Shown: positions 8,460 to 18,374, counted from the stretch's first letter. The stretch is DNA of 64,000 nucleotides from Candidatus Poribacteria bacterium (GCA_965208635.1 OZ242349.1:3852272-3916271), one strand, 5' to 3'. Notes: a model not told the origin generated them from the sequence alone. Made by a program: numbers and translations.

Positions 8460-9932
8460 TTATGCCAGCGGTCGCTGTCGAATCTCGTGCCAAGGACCCG
8501 TAATCGCCAACGTAATTCCGTGGCTCTGAATATTCACAAAAAGCGTTGTACCGTCAGGCGAGAAAGTTGCACCCGCGAGTTCAGACATATTGCCAGCATT
8601 TCGAGCAAATCTATAGAGATGTCCTTCAGGCGTTATCCCAATCAGAAACTCCTCTTCTGGACCGTCTTCGCAAATGATCAAATCGCCCCACGGTGTGACA
8701 GTCAGGTTATCGGCGTTCTCCATGAGATTTCTGTCATTTGGTTCAACGAAAAGTTGAAGCGTACCGGGTTCCTGTTCCTCGCGGCTTGTCCCTTCATAAG
8801 GACTCGGCATGTATTTCCATATCTGCCCTTTGTACGCAATACCGCCATTCGTGCAAGCAATATAGAATTCTCCGTGTTCTTGACTATCGCCGTACCAAAT
8901 CCCTTCACCTCGTGCGAACTTCGCTGCCTCTTTGCCTTCAACACCCTGTATGCGGAGATCGTCGTTCGGTGATTCTACATTCTCAATATCCACCCATTCG
9001 ACTGCGAATGTTTCTCCGATTGGAATCGGGTTGTACGTCCACGGGAAAATCTTCTGCATCCGACTTCGCCAGTTTCGGGTATCCACGCTCTTCATGTCAC
9101 GAATTTTCAGTGCTTGGAGTTTGCCCCCTGCCGCGAGTTCACCCTGCTTATCTGGAATAAACCGATAGATTAAACCATCGCCTCTGTCTTCCGTTTGATA
9201 GACAATCCCAGTTTTGGGATCAACAGCGACTGCCTCATGGTTGAAACGCCCCATCGCTTTCAACGGAATCGGGTCGGCTAATCCTATATCGGTAGAAACC
9301 GGCACCTCAAAATTGTACCCATGGTCCACCTCGTACGTTTCCTCTGCCTTTTGCATGGTTTCTTCACAGGTTATCCATGTGTTCCAAGGCGTGAGACCAC
9401 CGGCACAATTTCGGATCGTCCCGATTAGACTTAGGAAGTGTTTCTCCAGCGTCTTTGTCCGCGTGTCATAGACAAGCGTCGTCGTCCCACCGAGGCAAGG
9501 TAATTCACCCGATCCAGCGTCATATAGTTTGTCAATGGCGGAGCGTTCCAGTTTCTCGTTATTCCATCCAAAAGGTCCGACGTTTTTGGATGGGGCGGTC
9601 AATTCATGATTTCGGACGAGGATGGTTTTGCCGTTGGGACCCGGATAAGCCGCCATACCGTCGTGTCCACCTGGCACCCAAAGCCCATCGTCCATTAGTT
9701 CACCTGTTCTCGAAAAGGCGTGTGCGGTAAATCCTTCGGGGAGGTCAAGCAGACGATTTGGGGTTGACGTGAATTCATAAGGCGGAGGAGGTCTAAAACC
9801 TGGTACCTGTTCAATCAACGCTCGGCTGCACCCTAAAAACCCAAGACTGACTGCTGTAGATGCCGTGGCGAGTGTGCCATAACGTAGAAATTGCCGTCGA
9901 GATAGTTTGTTCTTCATAAGCTCCCTCATCAA
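8460..9932 (-). CDS. PhoX-family (DUF839) phosphatase with Tat signal peptide
   Basis: Twin-arginine leader 'SRRQFLRYGTLATA...GC'. 'NCAGGLTPWNTWITCEE' matches the DUF839/PhoX signature block. 490 aa. Confidence 0.65.
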   Translation of the reverse strand: MMRELMKNKLSRRQFLRYGTLATASTAVSLGFLGCSRALIEQVPGFRPPPPYEFTSTPNRLLDLPEGFTAHAFSRTGELMDDGLWVPGGHDGMAAYPGPNGKTILVRNHELTAPSKNVGPFGWNNEKLERSAIDKLYDAGSGELPCLGGTTTLVYDTRTKTLEKHFLSLIGTIRNCAGGLTPWNTWITCEETMQKAEETYEVDHGYNFEVPVSTDIGLADPIPLKAMGRFNHEAVAVDPKTGIVYQTEDRGDGLIYRFIPDKQGELAAGGKLQALKIRDMKSVDTRNWRSRMQKIFPWTYNPIPIGETFAVEWVDIENVESPNDDLRIQGVEGKEAAKFARGEGIWYGDSQEHGEFYIACTNGGIAYKGQIWKYMPSPYEGTSREEQEPGTLQLFVEPNDRNLMENADNLTVTPWGDLIICEDGPEEEFLIGITPEGHLYRFARNAGNMSELAGATFSPDGTTLFVNIQSHGITLAITGPWHEIRQRPLA

Positions 9933-10115
9933 GTGTTAAAGCGACAATTGAGGTTTTTGGATTGTAAATGGGATGCTTTTTTCACTTGTATAATAAAGTG
10001 TAACACTATTATTTTACAATACTTTTGATTTTTTTTCAAAAGATTGTCGCAAATCGTAAGCCATTATGTTTTTTTCGTTTAGATGTGTTTATAGAAACGT
10101 CTGAGAATAGCCCGC

Positions 10116-10144
10116 TTGACAATGCAGCGAAGTTGTGTTAAAAT
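10116..10144 (+). promoter_or_regulatory. sigma70-like promoter (TTGACA-17-TAAAAT) ahead of the leuS leader
   Basis: Consensus -35 and near-consensus -10 with a 17-nt spacer, about 160 nt upstream of the leuS ATG. The leader carries a family-B repeat. Confidence 0.5.
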
Positions 10145-10220
10145 TTATTCTCATAGAGCCACTATGAATAAGAGGAAAAAATGGAAAACAGAAACCCTAC
10201 AGGGGTCCAAAGTGGACGCC

Positions 10221-10303
10221 GATTCACCGAAAACCTGCCCAAAAAGAAATGGAGGGGTTTTTGCTTGGACATTTCTTTGGTCCAGGAGGCCATAATTTAA
10301 AAT
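10221..10303 (+). repeat. repeat family B copy (degenerate) forming the leuS 5' leader and start context
   Basis: 'gattcaccgaaaacctgccc...aaatggaggggtttttgcttgg...ccaggaggccataatttaaaatATG' shares modules with the copies at 12925, 14473, 17448, 17614, 24621 and 30450. Confidence 0.6.
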
Positions 10304-12859
10304 ATGGAGAACCATCCTTACGCCCCGGCAGAAATAGAACCCTATTGGCAAGCCGAGTGGCAAAAAAAAGACGCATTTAAAATCCCAAACGATATTGAGA
10401 CACTCAAGACGAAGCCCAAATTTTATGTGCTTGGCATGTTTCCCTATACCTCTGGGGCCGGACTGCACGTCGGACACGCCAAGAACTATGTACCGTCCGA
10501 TGTATTTGCTAATTTTCGGAGGATGCAGGGGTATCACGTGATGCACCCAATGGGATGGGATGCTTTCGGACTCCCGACCGAACGAACGGCGGTGCGTGAA
10601 AACGAACACCCAGCACACATTACAAAACGGAATACCGAAACCTTTCAGCAACAGATGCAACGCATCGGCTTCTCTTACGACTGGTCCCGTAAAATTGATA
10701 CCTCTGTGCCCGAATATTATAGATGGACGCAGTGGATTTTCCTCCGACTCTATGAAAAAGGTTTGGCATATCTCGCTGACGTACCTGTCAACTGGTGTCC
10801 AGCGTTAGGCACTGTCCTCTCAAATGAAGAGGTAAAGGACGGAAAGTATGTTGAAACTGGCGATCCGGTTGAGCGCCGTCTGATGCGGCAATGGATGCTT
10901 AAAATTACTGCCTATGCCGACCGGCTGCTGGAAGACTTGGATTTATTGGACTGGCCCGATGGTCTCAAGGAGATGCAACGAAACTGGATCGGTAAATCGG
11001 AGGGGGCAGACATCACCTTCAAGATTAAGGATAGCGATAAGACGTTCACCGTTTTCACGACGCGTCCAGACACACTCTTCGGTGCAACCTATTGCGTACT
11101 TGCTCCTGAACATCCACTCGTCTCCGAGATAACACACCCTGGTGCGGCATCTGTTGTTAGTACCTATGTAAAAGAAGCCGTCAACAAATCCGATCTCCAA
11201 CGGACAGACCTTGCTACAGAAAAGACAGGCGTTTTCACGGGTGCCTATGCTATCAACCCGTGCAACAACGCTCCTATCCCGATCTGGGTTGCGGATTATG
11301 TCCTGATGACGTACGGCACGGGTGCCATCATGGCTGTTCCCGGACACGATGAACGCGACCATGAATTCGCTGTAGCTTTCGGTATTCCTATCGTTGAAGT
11401 CATCAAGGGCGGTGATCAGCCAATTGAAGAAGCACCTTTTGAAGGTGATGGTGTTTGCATCAACTCCGATTTTCTCAACGGTTTGCGTGTTGCTGAGGCG
11501 AAGGAGAAAATGATCGCTTGGCTTGAAGGCGAACAAAGGGGATCGCGCCAAGTCCAATATCGCTTGCGAGACTGGCTCTTCTCACGGCAACGCTATTGGG
11601 GTGAACCCTTCCCGCTTGCGCATCTTGACGACGGAACTATTGTTCAACTGCCAGACGCGGAATTGCCAGTTGAACTACCGCCTATTGATGCCTATAAGCC
11701 GACAGAGGATGGGCAGCCTCCCCTTGCTCGCGCCGGATCCGAATGGTTGGATGTGACGCTATCAGATGGGCGAGTAGGGACGCGAGAAACGAATATCATG
11801 CCGCAATGGGCAGGTTCCTGTTGGTATTACCTCCGTTTCCTTGATGCGCACAATACCGAGACACCTTTTGATCCTAAACTTGAACAATACTGGATGCCGG
11901 TTGATACCTACATGGGAGGGGCTGAGCACGCCGTTTTGCATCTGCTCTACGCACGTTTTTGGCATAAGGTGCTTTACGACTGTGGATTAGTCTCTACAAA
12001 AGAGCCGTTCCAAGGACTGCTCAACCAAGGGACGATCCTCGCGCAATCTTACCAAGATGCGAAAGGCAAATACTACTATCCGCACGAAGCCGAGGAGACA
12101 GATGGTAAATTCGTTGAGAAAGCCTCTGGGGTGCCTCTCCAAACGCAGATAGAGAAAATGTCCAAATCCCGCTTCAATGTTATCAACTCGGACGATGTCA
12201 TTGACAAATACGGTGCAGATTCCCTTCGCCTCTATCTACTCTTTATCGGTCCATTCACAGCCAGCACGCCATGGCAGGACGCGGGTGTAGAAGGCGTCTA
12301 TCGGTTCCTTCAACGCGTCTGGCGGCTTGTTATTGATGAAGACACCGGTGAACTCAGCGAGAAGCTAACCGATGCTGACGGCACAACCGACTCAGAACTC
12401 TGGCGCGAACTCCATAAAACCATCAAACAGGTAACGGAGGACACGGAGTCGATTGACAAGATGAATACGGCGATTAGCCAGATGATGATCTTCGTTAACA
12501 CCGCCACGCAGGCAAAAACACTACCGAAAGAGACGTTGAAGGTGTTCCTACATCTGCTATCGCCTTATGCGCCACATATCGCGCAGGAGTTGTGGCATCG
12601 TCTCGGTGAATCTGGGTTCATCGCACTTTCGCAATGGCCCACACACGATGAGACAGTGCTCACGACTGCTACTGTGACGATCATTGCGCAAGTCAACGGG
12701 AAACTCCGCAACAGGCTCCAACTTCCTGCTGATGCAACCGACAAAGAAATTGAGGAAGCCGCACTCGCAGATGAGCGGGTTCAGCGGTTCATTGAGGAAA
12801 AACCGATTCGGAAAGTGATCGTCGTCTCGAACCGTAATCTTATCAATATTGTTGTCTAA
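10304..12859 (+). CDS. leuS: leucine--tRNA ligase
   Basis: N-terminal 'PYAPAEIEPYWQAEWQ', class I HIGH-type motif 'GLHVGHAKNY', 'KMSKS' present. 851 aa. Confidence 0.95.
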   Translation: MENHPYAPAEIEPYWQAEWQKKDAFKIPNDIETLKTKPKFYVLGMFPYTSGAGLHVGHAKNYVPSDVFANFRRMQGYHVMHPMGWDAFGLPTERTAVRENEHPAHITKRNTETFQQQMQRIGFSYDWSRKIDTSVPEYYRWTQWIFLRLYEKGLAYLADVPVNWCPALGTVLSNEEVKDGKYVETGDPVERRLMRQWMLKITAYADRLLEDLDLLDWPDGLKEMQRNWIGKSEGADITFKIKDSDKTFTVFTTRPDTLFGATYCVLAPEHPLVSEITHPGAASVVSTYVKEAVNKSDLQRTDLATEKTGVFTGAYAINPCNNAPIPIWVADYVLMTYGTGAIMAVPGHDERDHEFAVAFGIPIVEVIKGGDQPIEEAPFEGDGVCINSDFLNGLRVAEAKEKMIAWLEGEQRGSRQVQYRLRDWLFSRQRYWGEPFPLAHLDDGTIVQLPDAELPVELPPIDAYKPTEDGQPPLARAGSEWLDVTLSDGRVGTRETNIMPQWAGSCWYYLRFLDAHNTETPFDPKLEQYWMPVDTYMGGAEHAVLHLLYARFWHKVLYDCGLVSTKEPFQGLLNQGTILAQSYQDAKGKYYYPHEAEETDGKFVEKASGVPLQTQIEKMSKSRFNVINSDDVIDKYGADSLRLYLLFIGPFTASTPWQDAGVEGVYRFLQRVWRLVIDEDTGELSEKLTDADGTTDSELWRELHKTIKQVTEDTESIDKMNTAISQMMIFVNTATQAKTLPKETLKVFLHLLSPYAPHIAQELWHRLGESGFIALSQWPTHDETVLTTATVTIIAQVNGKLRNRLQLPADATDKEIEEAALADERVQRFIEEKPIRKVIVVSNRNLINIVV

Positions 12860-12924
12860 TAGTTCTCAGTTAAAAGAGGATCCTAACGGTGCAAATTTCC
12901 AGTCGCTCTGGAATGCAGAAAACA

Positions 12925-12962
12925 CCATCGTGGAACAATGCCCAGGAGGCCCATAATTAAAA
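12925..12962 (+). repeat. repeat family B start-context module ahead of or overlapping the rnj start
   Basis: 'cccaggaggcccataattaaaaaaTTG' parallels the leuS context 'ccaggaggccataatttaaaatATG'. Confidence 0.5.
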
Positions 12963-14782
12963 AATTGGAATTTGAAGAAATCAAAGGAAACGTTTCGATT
13001 ATCCCATTGGGAGGTTTAGGTGAATTTGGGCTTAACATGATGGTATATGAAACCGAAAATGACATTATCGTCGTTGACACAGGTTTCATGCTACCGAATG
13101 CTGACATGCCCGGTGTCGATCTGATATTACCAGATATCCACTATCTGGTGGAACGACAAGAGAAAATTCGCGGGATCCTTCTAACCCACGGACATGAGGA
13201 TCATATTGGTGCCTTATTCTACGTGCTACGGCAGTTGAATGTGCCGGTCTATGGCACGCAACTCACGCTCGCGATTGCCAGCGGCAGATTGCGCGAATAC
13301 AATGTTCTCAGCAAGGCACAACTCAATACAATTGCTCCAGGCGATACAGTCGAATTGGGTGATTTTTCAGCCGAATTCATCCATGTTACACACAGCATTC
13401 CAGATACAGTGGCAATTGCGCTGCGCACACCGGCCGGTGTTATCGTCCATACAGGCGACTTCAAATTCGACATGACACCTGTTGATGGTAAGTTGAGCGA
13501 CATTCAGACGCTCGCGCGTTTGGGTTCAGAAGGTGTCCTTCTGCTCGTTTCCGACAGCACAAACGCAGAGCGACCCGGACAAACCCCTTCTGAGCGAAGC
13601 ATCTATGGAACGATAGACACTATATTTCAGAAAACGGAACAGAAATTGTTCCTTTGCACCTTTTCTTCGAGTCTACACCGTATCCAACAATTCATTGACT
13701 TGGCAAATATACACCGGCGACTTATCGCTGTCAGCGGTCGTTCTCTCCTCAACAATGTACGTACCGCTTCTGAACTCGGTTACCTCAATCTGAATCCGGA
13801 TTATCTCATTGATGCTCGCGATGCGTCCATGTTCAAACCGCATGAGGTGATGATTTTGAGCACCGGCAGTCAAGGTGAACCCCGCTCTGCCATGTCATTG
13901 ATGGCACTCGACAATCATCCGTTTCTGAAGGTAGAACAAGGTGATACCGTCGTTATCTCTGCAAGGATCATTCCCGGCAATGAGAAAGCGATTGGAAACG
14001 TTGTCAATCATTTGCTCAGACGCGGCGCGAAGATATATCATGAACGCAATGCAAATGTCCACGTATCAGGGCACGGATCAAGCGAAGACCTGAAGTTGAT
14101 GCTCAATCTCCTGAAACCTGAGTTTTTCATGCCGATGCACGGTGAATATCAAAATCTGATGCGGCATGCCGAACTCGCCGAGTCTGTCGGGATACCGAGT
14201 GACAACATTAAAGTCGCTGAAGATGGTGAGCTCATTCAACTTACTTCCGAGACGTGTGAGGTATTGGGACGCGAGGGACGTTCCGGCCGCGTCCTCGTCG
14301 ATGGCAAGCCAGAATTTGAGCTTGAAGATATCGTCCTACGCGACCGTATCCAACTCGCCGAAGACGGCATTCTCGTTCCAATCGTCATCTTGAACAGCGA
14401 TACAGGGGATGAGAATCCAGAGCCAACAGCCAACAGTCAGGAAGATCGCGGGCAGCAATTGGAGGTAACCGTAGCCCATAATGTAATGGAGGGCGGATCT
14501 ACGGAGGACGCCTTTCAAAATTCAGTTCACCTGAACGAACCGCAAGGAAAAATTAGAAAACAGATAGAAATTATTTCGCGTGGATTTGTCTATATGGATA
14601 AATCGGAAGAACTGATAGAGGAAGCAAAAGAAATTACCCTGCGCGTCATTGAGAATCTGAGCGATGAACAGAAACAGGAAACCGAGACCGTCCAAGACGA
14701 GATCCGAGGCGCGCTCCGCCGATTTTTCTCCAAACAGATGCAACGGACACCGCTCATCTTCCCAGTCGTCATGCGGGTTTGA
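12938..14782 (+). CDS. rnj: ribonuclease J (metallo-beta-lactamase/beta-CASP RNase)
   Basis: 'IIPLGGLGEFGLNMMVYE', 'HGHEDHIGA', beta-CASP and C-terminal domain. 614 aa, about 50 aa longer than usual because of a repeat-derived linker insertion. Alternative start TTG at 12963. Confidence 0.9.
   Translation: MPRRPIIKKLEFEEIKGNVSIIPLGGLGEFGLNMMVYETENDIIVVDTGFMLPNADMPGVDLILPDIHYLVERQEKIRGILLTHGHEDHIGALFYVLRQLNVPVYGTQLTLAIASGRLREYNVLSKAQLNTIAPGDTVELGDFSAEFIHVTHSIPDTVAIALRTPAGVIVHTGDFKFDMTPVDGKLSDIQTLARLGSEGVLLLVSDSTNAERPGQTPSERSIYGTIDTIFQKTEQKLFLCTFSSSLHRIQQFIDLANIHRRLIAVSGRSLLNNVRTASELGYLNLNPDYLIDARDASMFKPHEVMILSTGSQGEPRSAMSLMALDNHPFLKVEQGDTVVISARIIPGNEKAIGNVVNHLLRRGAKIYHERNANVHVSGHGSSEDLKLMLNLLKPEFFMPMHGEYQNLMRHAELAESVGIPSDNIKVAEDGELIQLTSETCEVLGREGRSGRVLVDGKPEFELEDIVLRDRIQLAEDGILVPIVILNSDTGDENPEPTANSQEDRGQQLEVTVAHNVMEGGSTEDAFQNSVHLNEPQGKIRKQIEIISRGFVYMDKSEELIEEAKEITLRVIENLSDEQKQETETVQDEIRGALRRFFSKQMQRTPLIFPVVMRV
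14473..14560 (+). repeat. repeat family B copy inserted in-frame in the rnj linker
   Basis: 'gcccataatgtaatggagggcggatctacggagg...ttcagttcacctgaacgaaccgcaaggaaaaatta' matches the terminal modules of the intergenic copy at 17448-17559. It encodes 'AHNVMEGGSTEDAFQNSVHLNEPQGKIRKQ'. Confidence 0.7.
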
Positions 14783-14811
14783 TAACTATAAAAAGAAAGG
14801 AATAGATTAAA

Positions 14812-15960
14812 TTGAAATTATTCACATGTATCCTGGCAATTGCCACTTTGATAATAGGTTTCTCCGCCTGTGAGCGAGCGTCACAAATTATCCAACCTAC
14901 TACATCCCAGACAGAGGATAAGGGCAATGAGATTGCCATCGGAGTCGTTTTACCTTTGACAGGACACTTGGCTTCTGCAGGCGAACTCATGAAACAGGGT
15001 CTTGACCTTGCCCTCGATGAAATTAACAACGCACAACCCAGTGGTCCAAAATTCAAGTTCATCGTTGAGGATGACACCAGTACCCCGGAGGGCGCGGTTG
15101 ACGCTTTCAACAAACTGATTCACCAATACGGCCTGTCTGTGATTCTCGGTCCCGCGTCTTCAACTGCGACCCAAGCGGCTTTCCCAATCGCACAAGAAAA
15201 CCAGGTCGTAGCAATTAGTCCCACAGCCGGTGCCCGCGATCTTGGCGCAATTGGAGAGTTCGTCTTTCGTGTCCCGCTCGCGTCAAATATCCTGGCACTT
15301 AAAGGTGTCGAAGCAACACATGCGAAACTCAGCTATCAACGGGTCGCTACTATCTATGACGAAACCGATCTCTTCTCGACAGATAGAGACGAGGCGTTGC
15401 AGGAAGCCTTCACCGCGATCGGTGTTGAGATCCTAACCACGGAAGTTTTCCAGAGCGGTGATACCGACTTCTCGACACAACTAACGCAGATAAAGGCATT
15501 GGATCCGGATGCTATTTTTGTCTCGTCCTTGCCCCCCGAAAAACCAGGGATACTGATTCAAGCGCACGAACTCGGTATATCCGTTCCTGTTATTATGAGT
15601 TCGCTAACCGGTGTTGAGGTAGAAGCCGCGGGTGTCGCCGCCGAAGGCGCAATAACCTTTATCGGTTGGCTCCCTACAGATGACACACCGGGAAATCAAG
15701 TTTTTGTAGCAAATTATAGCGAGACTTACGGCATGATCCCAAACGTCTTTGCCACAGCATCGTATGCCTCCGTCTATATTTTAGCAGAGGCGATTAAGAA
15801 TGCCGAGTCAACCAATGCAATCTCAATCCGAGGCGCACTTGCAAATATCAACGACTTTGACACGGTTTTCGGCAAGTTCTCTTTTAATGCCGACGGGGAC
15901 GCCGTTTATGAACAGAAGGCTCTGATAGTAAAAGACGGCACATTGCAACCCTTTGAGTAA
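14812..15960 (+). CDS. ABC transporter substrate-binding lipoprotein, branched-chain amino acid (LivK/LivJ-like, PBP type 1)
   Basis: Lipoprotein signal '...IIGFSAC'. 'IGVVLPLTGHLASAGELMKQGLDLALDEIN' is typical of Leu/Ile/Val-binding proteins. TTG start. Confidence 0.7.
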   Translation: MKLFTCILAIATLIIGFSACERASQIIQPTTSQTEDKGNEIAIGVVLPLTGHLASAGELMKQGLDLALDEINNAQPSGPKFKFIVEDDTSTPEGAVDAFNKLIHQYGLSVILGPASSTATQAAFPIAQENQVVAISPTAGARDLGAIGEFVFRVPLASNILALKGVEATHAKLSYQRVATIYDETDLFSTDRDEALQEAFTAIGVEILTTEVFQSGDTDFSTQLTQIKALDPDAIFVSSLPPEKPGILIQAHELGISVPVIMSSLTGVEVEAAGVAAEGAITFIGWLPTDDTPGNQVFVANYSETYGMIPNVFATASYASVYILAEAIKNAESTNAISIRGALANINDFDTVFGKFSFNADGDAVYEQKALIVKDGTLQPFE

Positions 15961-16028
15961 TTTTGTTCGATAGTTTCACGGCACATTTAGAAATTTCAGA
16001 TTTAATTTATTGAGAGAGTACAAGAAGT

Positions 16029-17432
16029 ATGAAAACACAAACAATGTATGAAAAGATATGGGAGGCGCATCTCGTTCGCGCCGCCGCAGGCGAGGTCCCA
16101 ATCCTCTATATCGACACGCACCTCGTCCACGAAGTTACATCTCCGCAGGCGTTTGAGGGGTTAAGGCTCAATAACCGAAAAGTCCGCCGTCCGGATCTGA
16201 CGTTCGCCACGATGGATCACAACGTCCCGACAACGGATAGGTCACTGCCCATCACCGATCTGATTGCCGCGAAGCAGATGGAAACACTCGCGCAAAACTG
16301 CACCGAGTTTGACATCCCGCTCTACGACATTGACAGCCCTGAGCAAGGCATCGTGCATGTCATCGGACCCGAACTCGGCATCACGTTGCCCGGTAAGACC
16401 CTTGTTTGTGGGGATAGCCACACCTCAACACACGGGGCACTCGGTGCCCTCGCTTTCGGCATCGGTACAAGCGAGATTGAGCATGTTCTCGCCACGCAAT
16501 GTCTCCTGCAACAGGAATCAGAAACCTTCGAGATTCGGATTGACGGCACGCTCCCTTACGGCGTAACCGCAAAAGACATTATCCTCTCTATTATCGGACA
16601 TATCGGTATTGATGGCGGGAACGGTGCTGTTGTTGAGTACACAGGCTCCGCTATTCGCGCCCTCAACATTGAGGAACGGATGACGGTTTGCAATATGTCC
16701 ATTGAGGCAGGAGCACGTGCCGGTATGATCGCTCCTGATGACACCACTTATGAGTACATCGCTGGCAGACGTTTCGCACCGAAAGATAAAAAGTTTGATG
16801 CCGCTGTTGAACGCTGGAAGCAGCTTCCCACTGATGACGGAGCGACCTATGATCGAACCTTGCAACTTGATGCCGCAGAAATCGCACCGCAGGTGACATG
16901 GGGCACAAATCCGGGTATGGTGACCGACGTAACAGGGCGCGTTCCAGATCCCACGGACATGGTAACAGTCGACGAAAAGACTGCTACCGAACACGCCTTG
17001 GAATATATGGATCTCACACCCGGCACACCCATCACAGATATTGCCGTAGATAGAGTTTTCATCGGCAGTTGCACCAACTCCCGTATCAGCGATCTACGAG
17101 TTGCTGCAGAAGTCGCAAAGGGCAGGAAAGTCGCAGACACTGTCAGTGCGATGGTCGTTCCCGGATCGCAGGCTGTTAAACGTCAAGCGGAGGCGGAAGG
17201 GCTCGACGAGATTTTCCGTGCCGCAGGCTTTGAGTGGCGTGAAGCCGGTTGTAGCATGTGCCTCGGTATGAATCCCGATATCCTGATGCCGGGTCAACGT
17301 TGCGCCAGCACATCGAACCGGAATTTTGAAGGCAGACAGGGCAAAGGCGGACGCACGCACTTAGTAAGTCCACAGATGGCGGCTGCAACTGCCGTAACGG
17401 GACACTTCGTGGATATCCGAACCTTCGGATAG
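16029..17432 (+). CDS. leuC: 3-isopropylmalate dehydratase large subunit
   Basis: '[10 protein letters not shown]', '[22 protein letters not shown]' and the aconitase-family Cys ligands 'GSCTNSR' and 'CSMCLGMN'. 467 aa. Confidence 0.95.
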   Translation: MKTQTMYEKIWEAHLVRAAAGEVPILYIDTHLVHEVTSPQAFEGLRLNNRKVRRPDLTFATMDHNVPTTDRSLPITDLIAAKQMETLAQNCTEFDIPLYDIDSPEQGIVHVIGPELGITLPGKTLVCGDSHTSTHGALGALAFGIGTSEIEHVLATQCLLQQESETFEIRIDGTLPYGVTAKDIILSIIGHIGIDGGNGAVVEYTGSAIRALNIEERMTVCNMSIEAGARAGMIAPDDTTYEYIAGRRFAPKDKKFDAAVERWKQLPTDDGATYDRTLQLDAAEIAPQVTWGTNPGMVTDVTGRVPDPTDMVTVDEKTATEHALEYMDLTPGTPITDIAVDRVFIGSCTNSRISDLRVAAEVAKGRKVADTVSAMVVPGSQAVKRQAEAEGLDEIFRAAGFEWREAGCSMCLGMNPDILMPGQRCASTSNRNFEGRQGKGGRTHLVSPQMAAATAVTGHFVDIRTFG

Positions 17433-17447
17433 GTTCTTGAGCAGTTT

Positions 17448-17559
17448 CAGCAGCCCGTAATGTAATGGAGGGGTTTTTGCTTCGGTGTTTCCTCTAGATA
17501 TACGAGAAGTCACACTAAGACTTCAGATTCACCTGACCGAACCGCAAGGTTTTTAATTT
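17448..17559 (+). repeat. repeat family B copy (full length, ~110 bp) in the leuC-leuD spacer
   Basis: 'gcccgtaatgtaatggaggggtttttgcttcgg...ttcagattcacctgaccgaaccgcaaggtttttaatttATG'. Confidence 0.75.
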
Positions 17560-17613
17560 ATGAGTTTATTAACGCTCCGCTTACGCTGTATTTTTTTTCA
17601 GGTTCCTAAATCG

Positions 17614-17702
17614 GCAGCCTGCAACACCGGCGCAGGCGGGTCTACGGAAAAGAAAGTGAAGCGATCAACCTACCTGACCGAACCGCAAGGAATAATTAAA
17701 AT
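17614..17702 (+). repeat. repeat family B copy (variant with gcctgcaacaNcggcgcaggcgg palindrome) abutting the leuD start
   Basis: 'cagcctgcaacaccggcgcaggcgggtctacgga...tacctgaccgaaccgcaaggaataattaaaatATG'. Confidence 0.75.
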
Positions 17703-18293
17703 ATGGAAGCATTCAAAGAACACGTGGGACGCGTTGTCCCACTCGACCGGATTAATGTTGACACCGACCAGATTATCCCAAAGCAATTTCTGAAACGGAT
17801 CGAACGAACCGGTTTCGGTGAATTTCTCTTTAACGACTGGCGCTACCTTGAGAGTGGCGATCCGAACCCGGAATTCGTACTGAATCTCCCACGCTACGCA
17901 GGGGCAAGTATCCTCATCGCAGGCGTGAATTTCGGATGTGGCAGCTCGCGCGAGCACGCCCCGTGGGCACTCCAACAATACGGCTTCAAAGCAATTCTCG
18001 CGCCCTCGTTTGCCGATATTTTCCGCAACAATTGCTACAAGAACGGCATTCTCCCGATTGCTCTGCCTGCAGATATTATTACTTCGCTCAGTCAAGAGAC
18101 ACACGCCACCGAGGGCTACCAATTGATGATAGACTTGGAGGAGCAATCGGTCATCTGTTCTGATGGCACCGCCCACACCTTTGAAATCGGTGATTTTGAG
18201 AAATACTGCCTGCTGAACGGACTTGACGAAATCGGCTGGACCTTGCAGTATGAAGCAGACATTGCGGCGTATGAAAATCAGCATGCTTCATAG
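17703..18293 (+). CDS. leuD: 3-isopropylmalate dehydratase small subunit
   Basis: '[20 protein letters not shown]' and '[17 protein letters not shown]' are LeuD signatures. 196 aa. Confidence 0.92.
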   Translation: MEAFKEHVGRVVPLDRINVDTDQIIPKQFLKRIERTGFGEFLFNDWRYLESGDPNPEFVLNLPRYAGASILIAGVNFGCGSSREHAPWALQQYGFKAILAPSFADIFRNNCYKNGILPIALPADIITSLSQETHATEGYQLMIDLEEQSVICSDGTAHTFEIGDFEKYCLLNGLDEIGWTLQYEADIAAYENQHAS

Positions 18294-18345
18294 TTCCACT
18301 ACCCTCCTGTCCGTAGCACTGATTTAATTGTCCTATCTTCCAACT

Positions 18346-18374
18346 CCAGGTAGGTGCGGTTTCCCAACCGCACC
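18346..18374. repeat. palindromic repeat family A copy downstream of leuD (possible terminator)
   Basis: 'ccaggtaggtgcggtttcccaaccgcacc' is identical in its core to 8240-8270. Followed by a T-rich tract 'agctttccgtttcag'. Confidence 0.8.

Noticed and set aside
8421-9168. Plus-strand ORFs 8421-8972, 8738-9160 and 8932-9168
   Set aside because: They are antisense to the well-supported PhoX-family gene (8460-9932) and have no motifs. These are typical shadow ORFs.
10150-10303. T-box riboswitch upstream of leuS
   Set aside because: I found no recognisable T-box sequence (AATTAGGGTGGTACCGCG-like) or specifier and antiterminator architecture. The leader is instead explained by repeat modules.
10181-10312. 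43-codon uORF in the leuS leader (MNKRKKWKTETLQG...)
   Set aside because: It is composed largely of repeat sequence. It is kept only as a possible leader peptide inside the leuS-leader finding.
10943-11557. 204-aa minus-strand ORF
   Set aside because: It lies wholly inside leuS on the opposite strand.
16322-17388. Multiple minus-strand ORFs inside leuC, including the 158-aa ORF 16518-16994
   Set aside because: They are antisense shadows in a moderately GC-rich conserved gene.
17560-17793. 77-aa ORF starting inside the leuC-leuD spacer
   Set aside because: It initiates within a family-B repeat and runs out of frame into leuD. It is a product of the repeat's built-in ATG rather than a gene.
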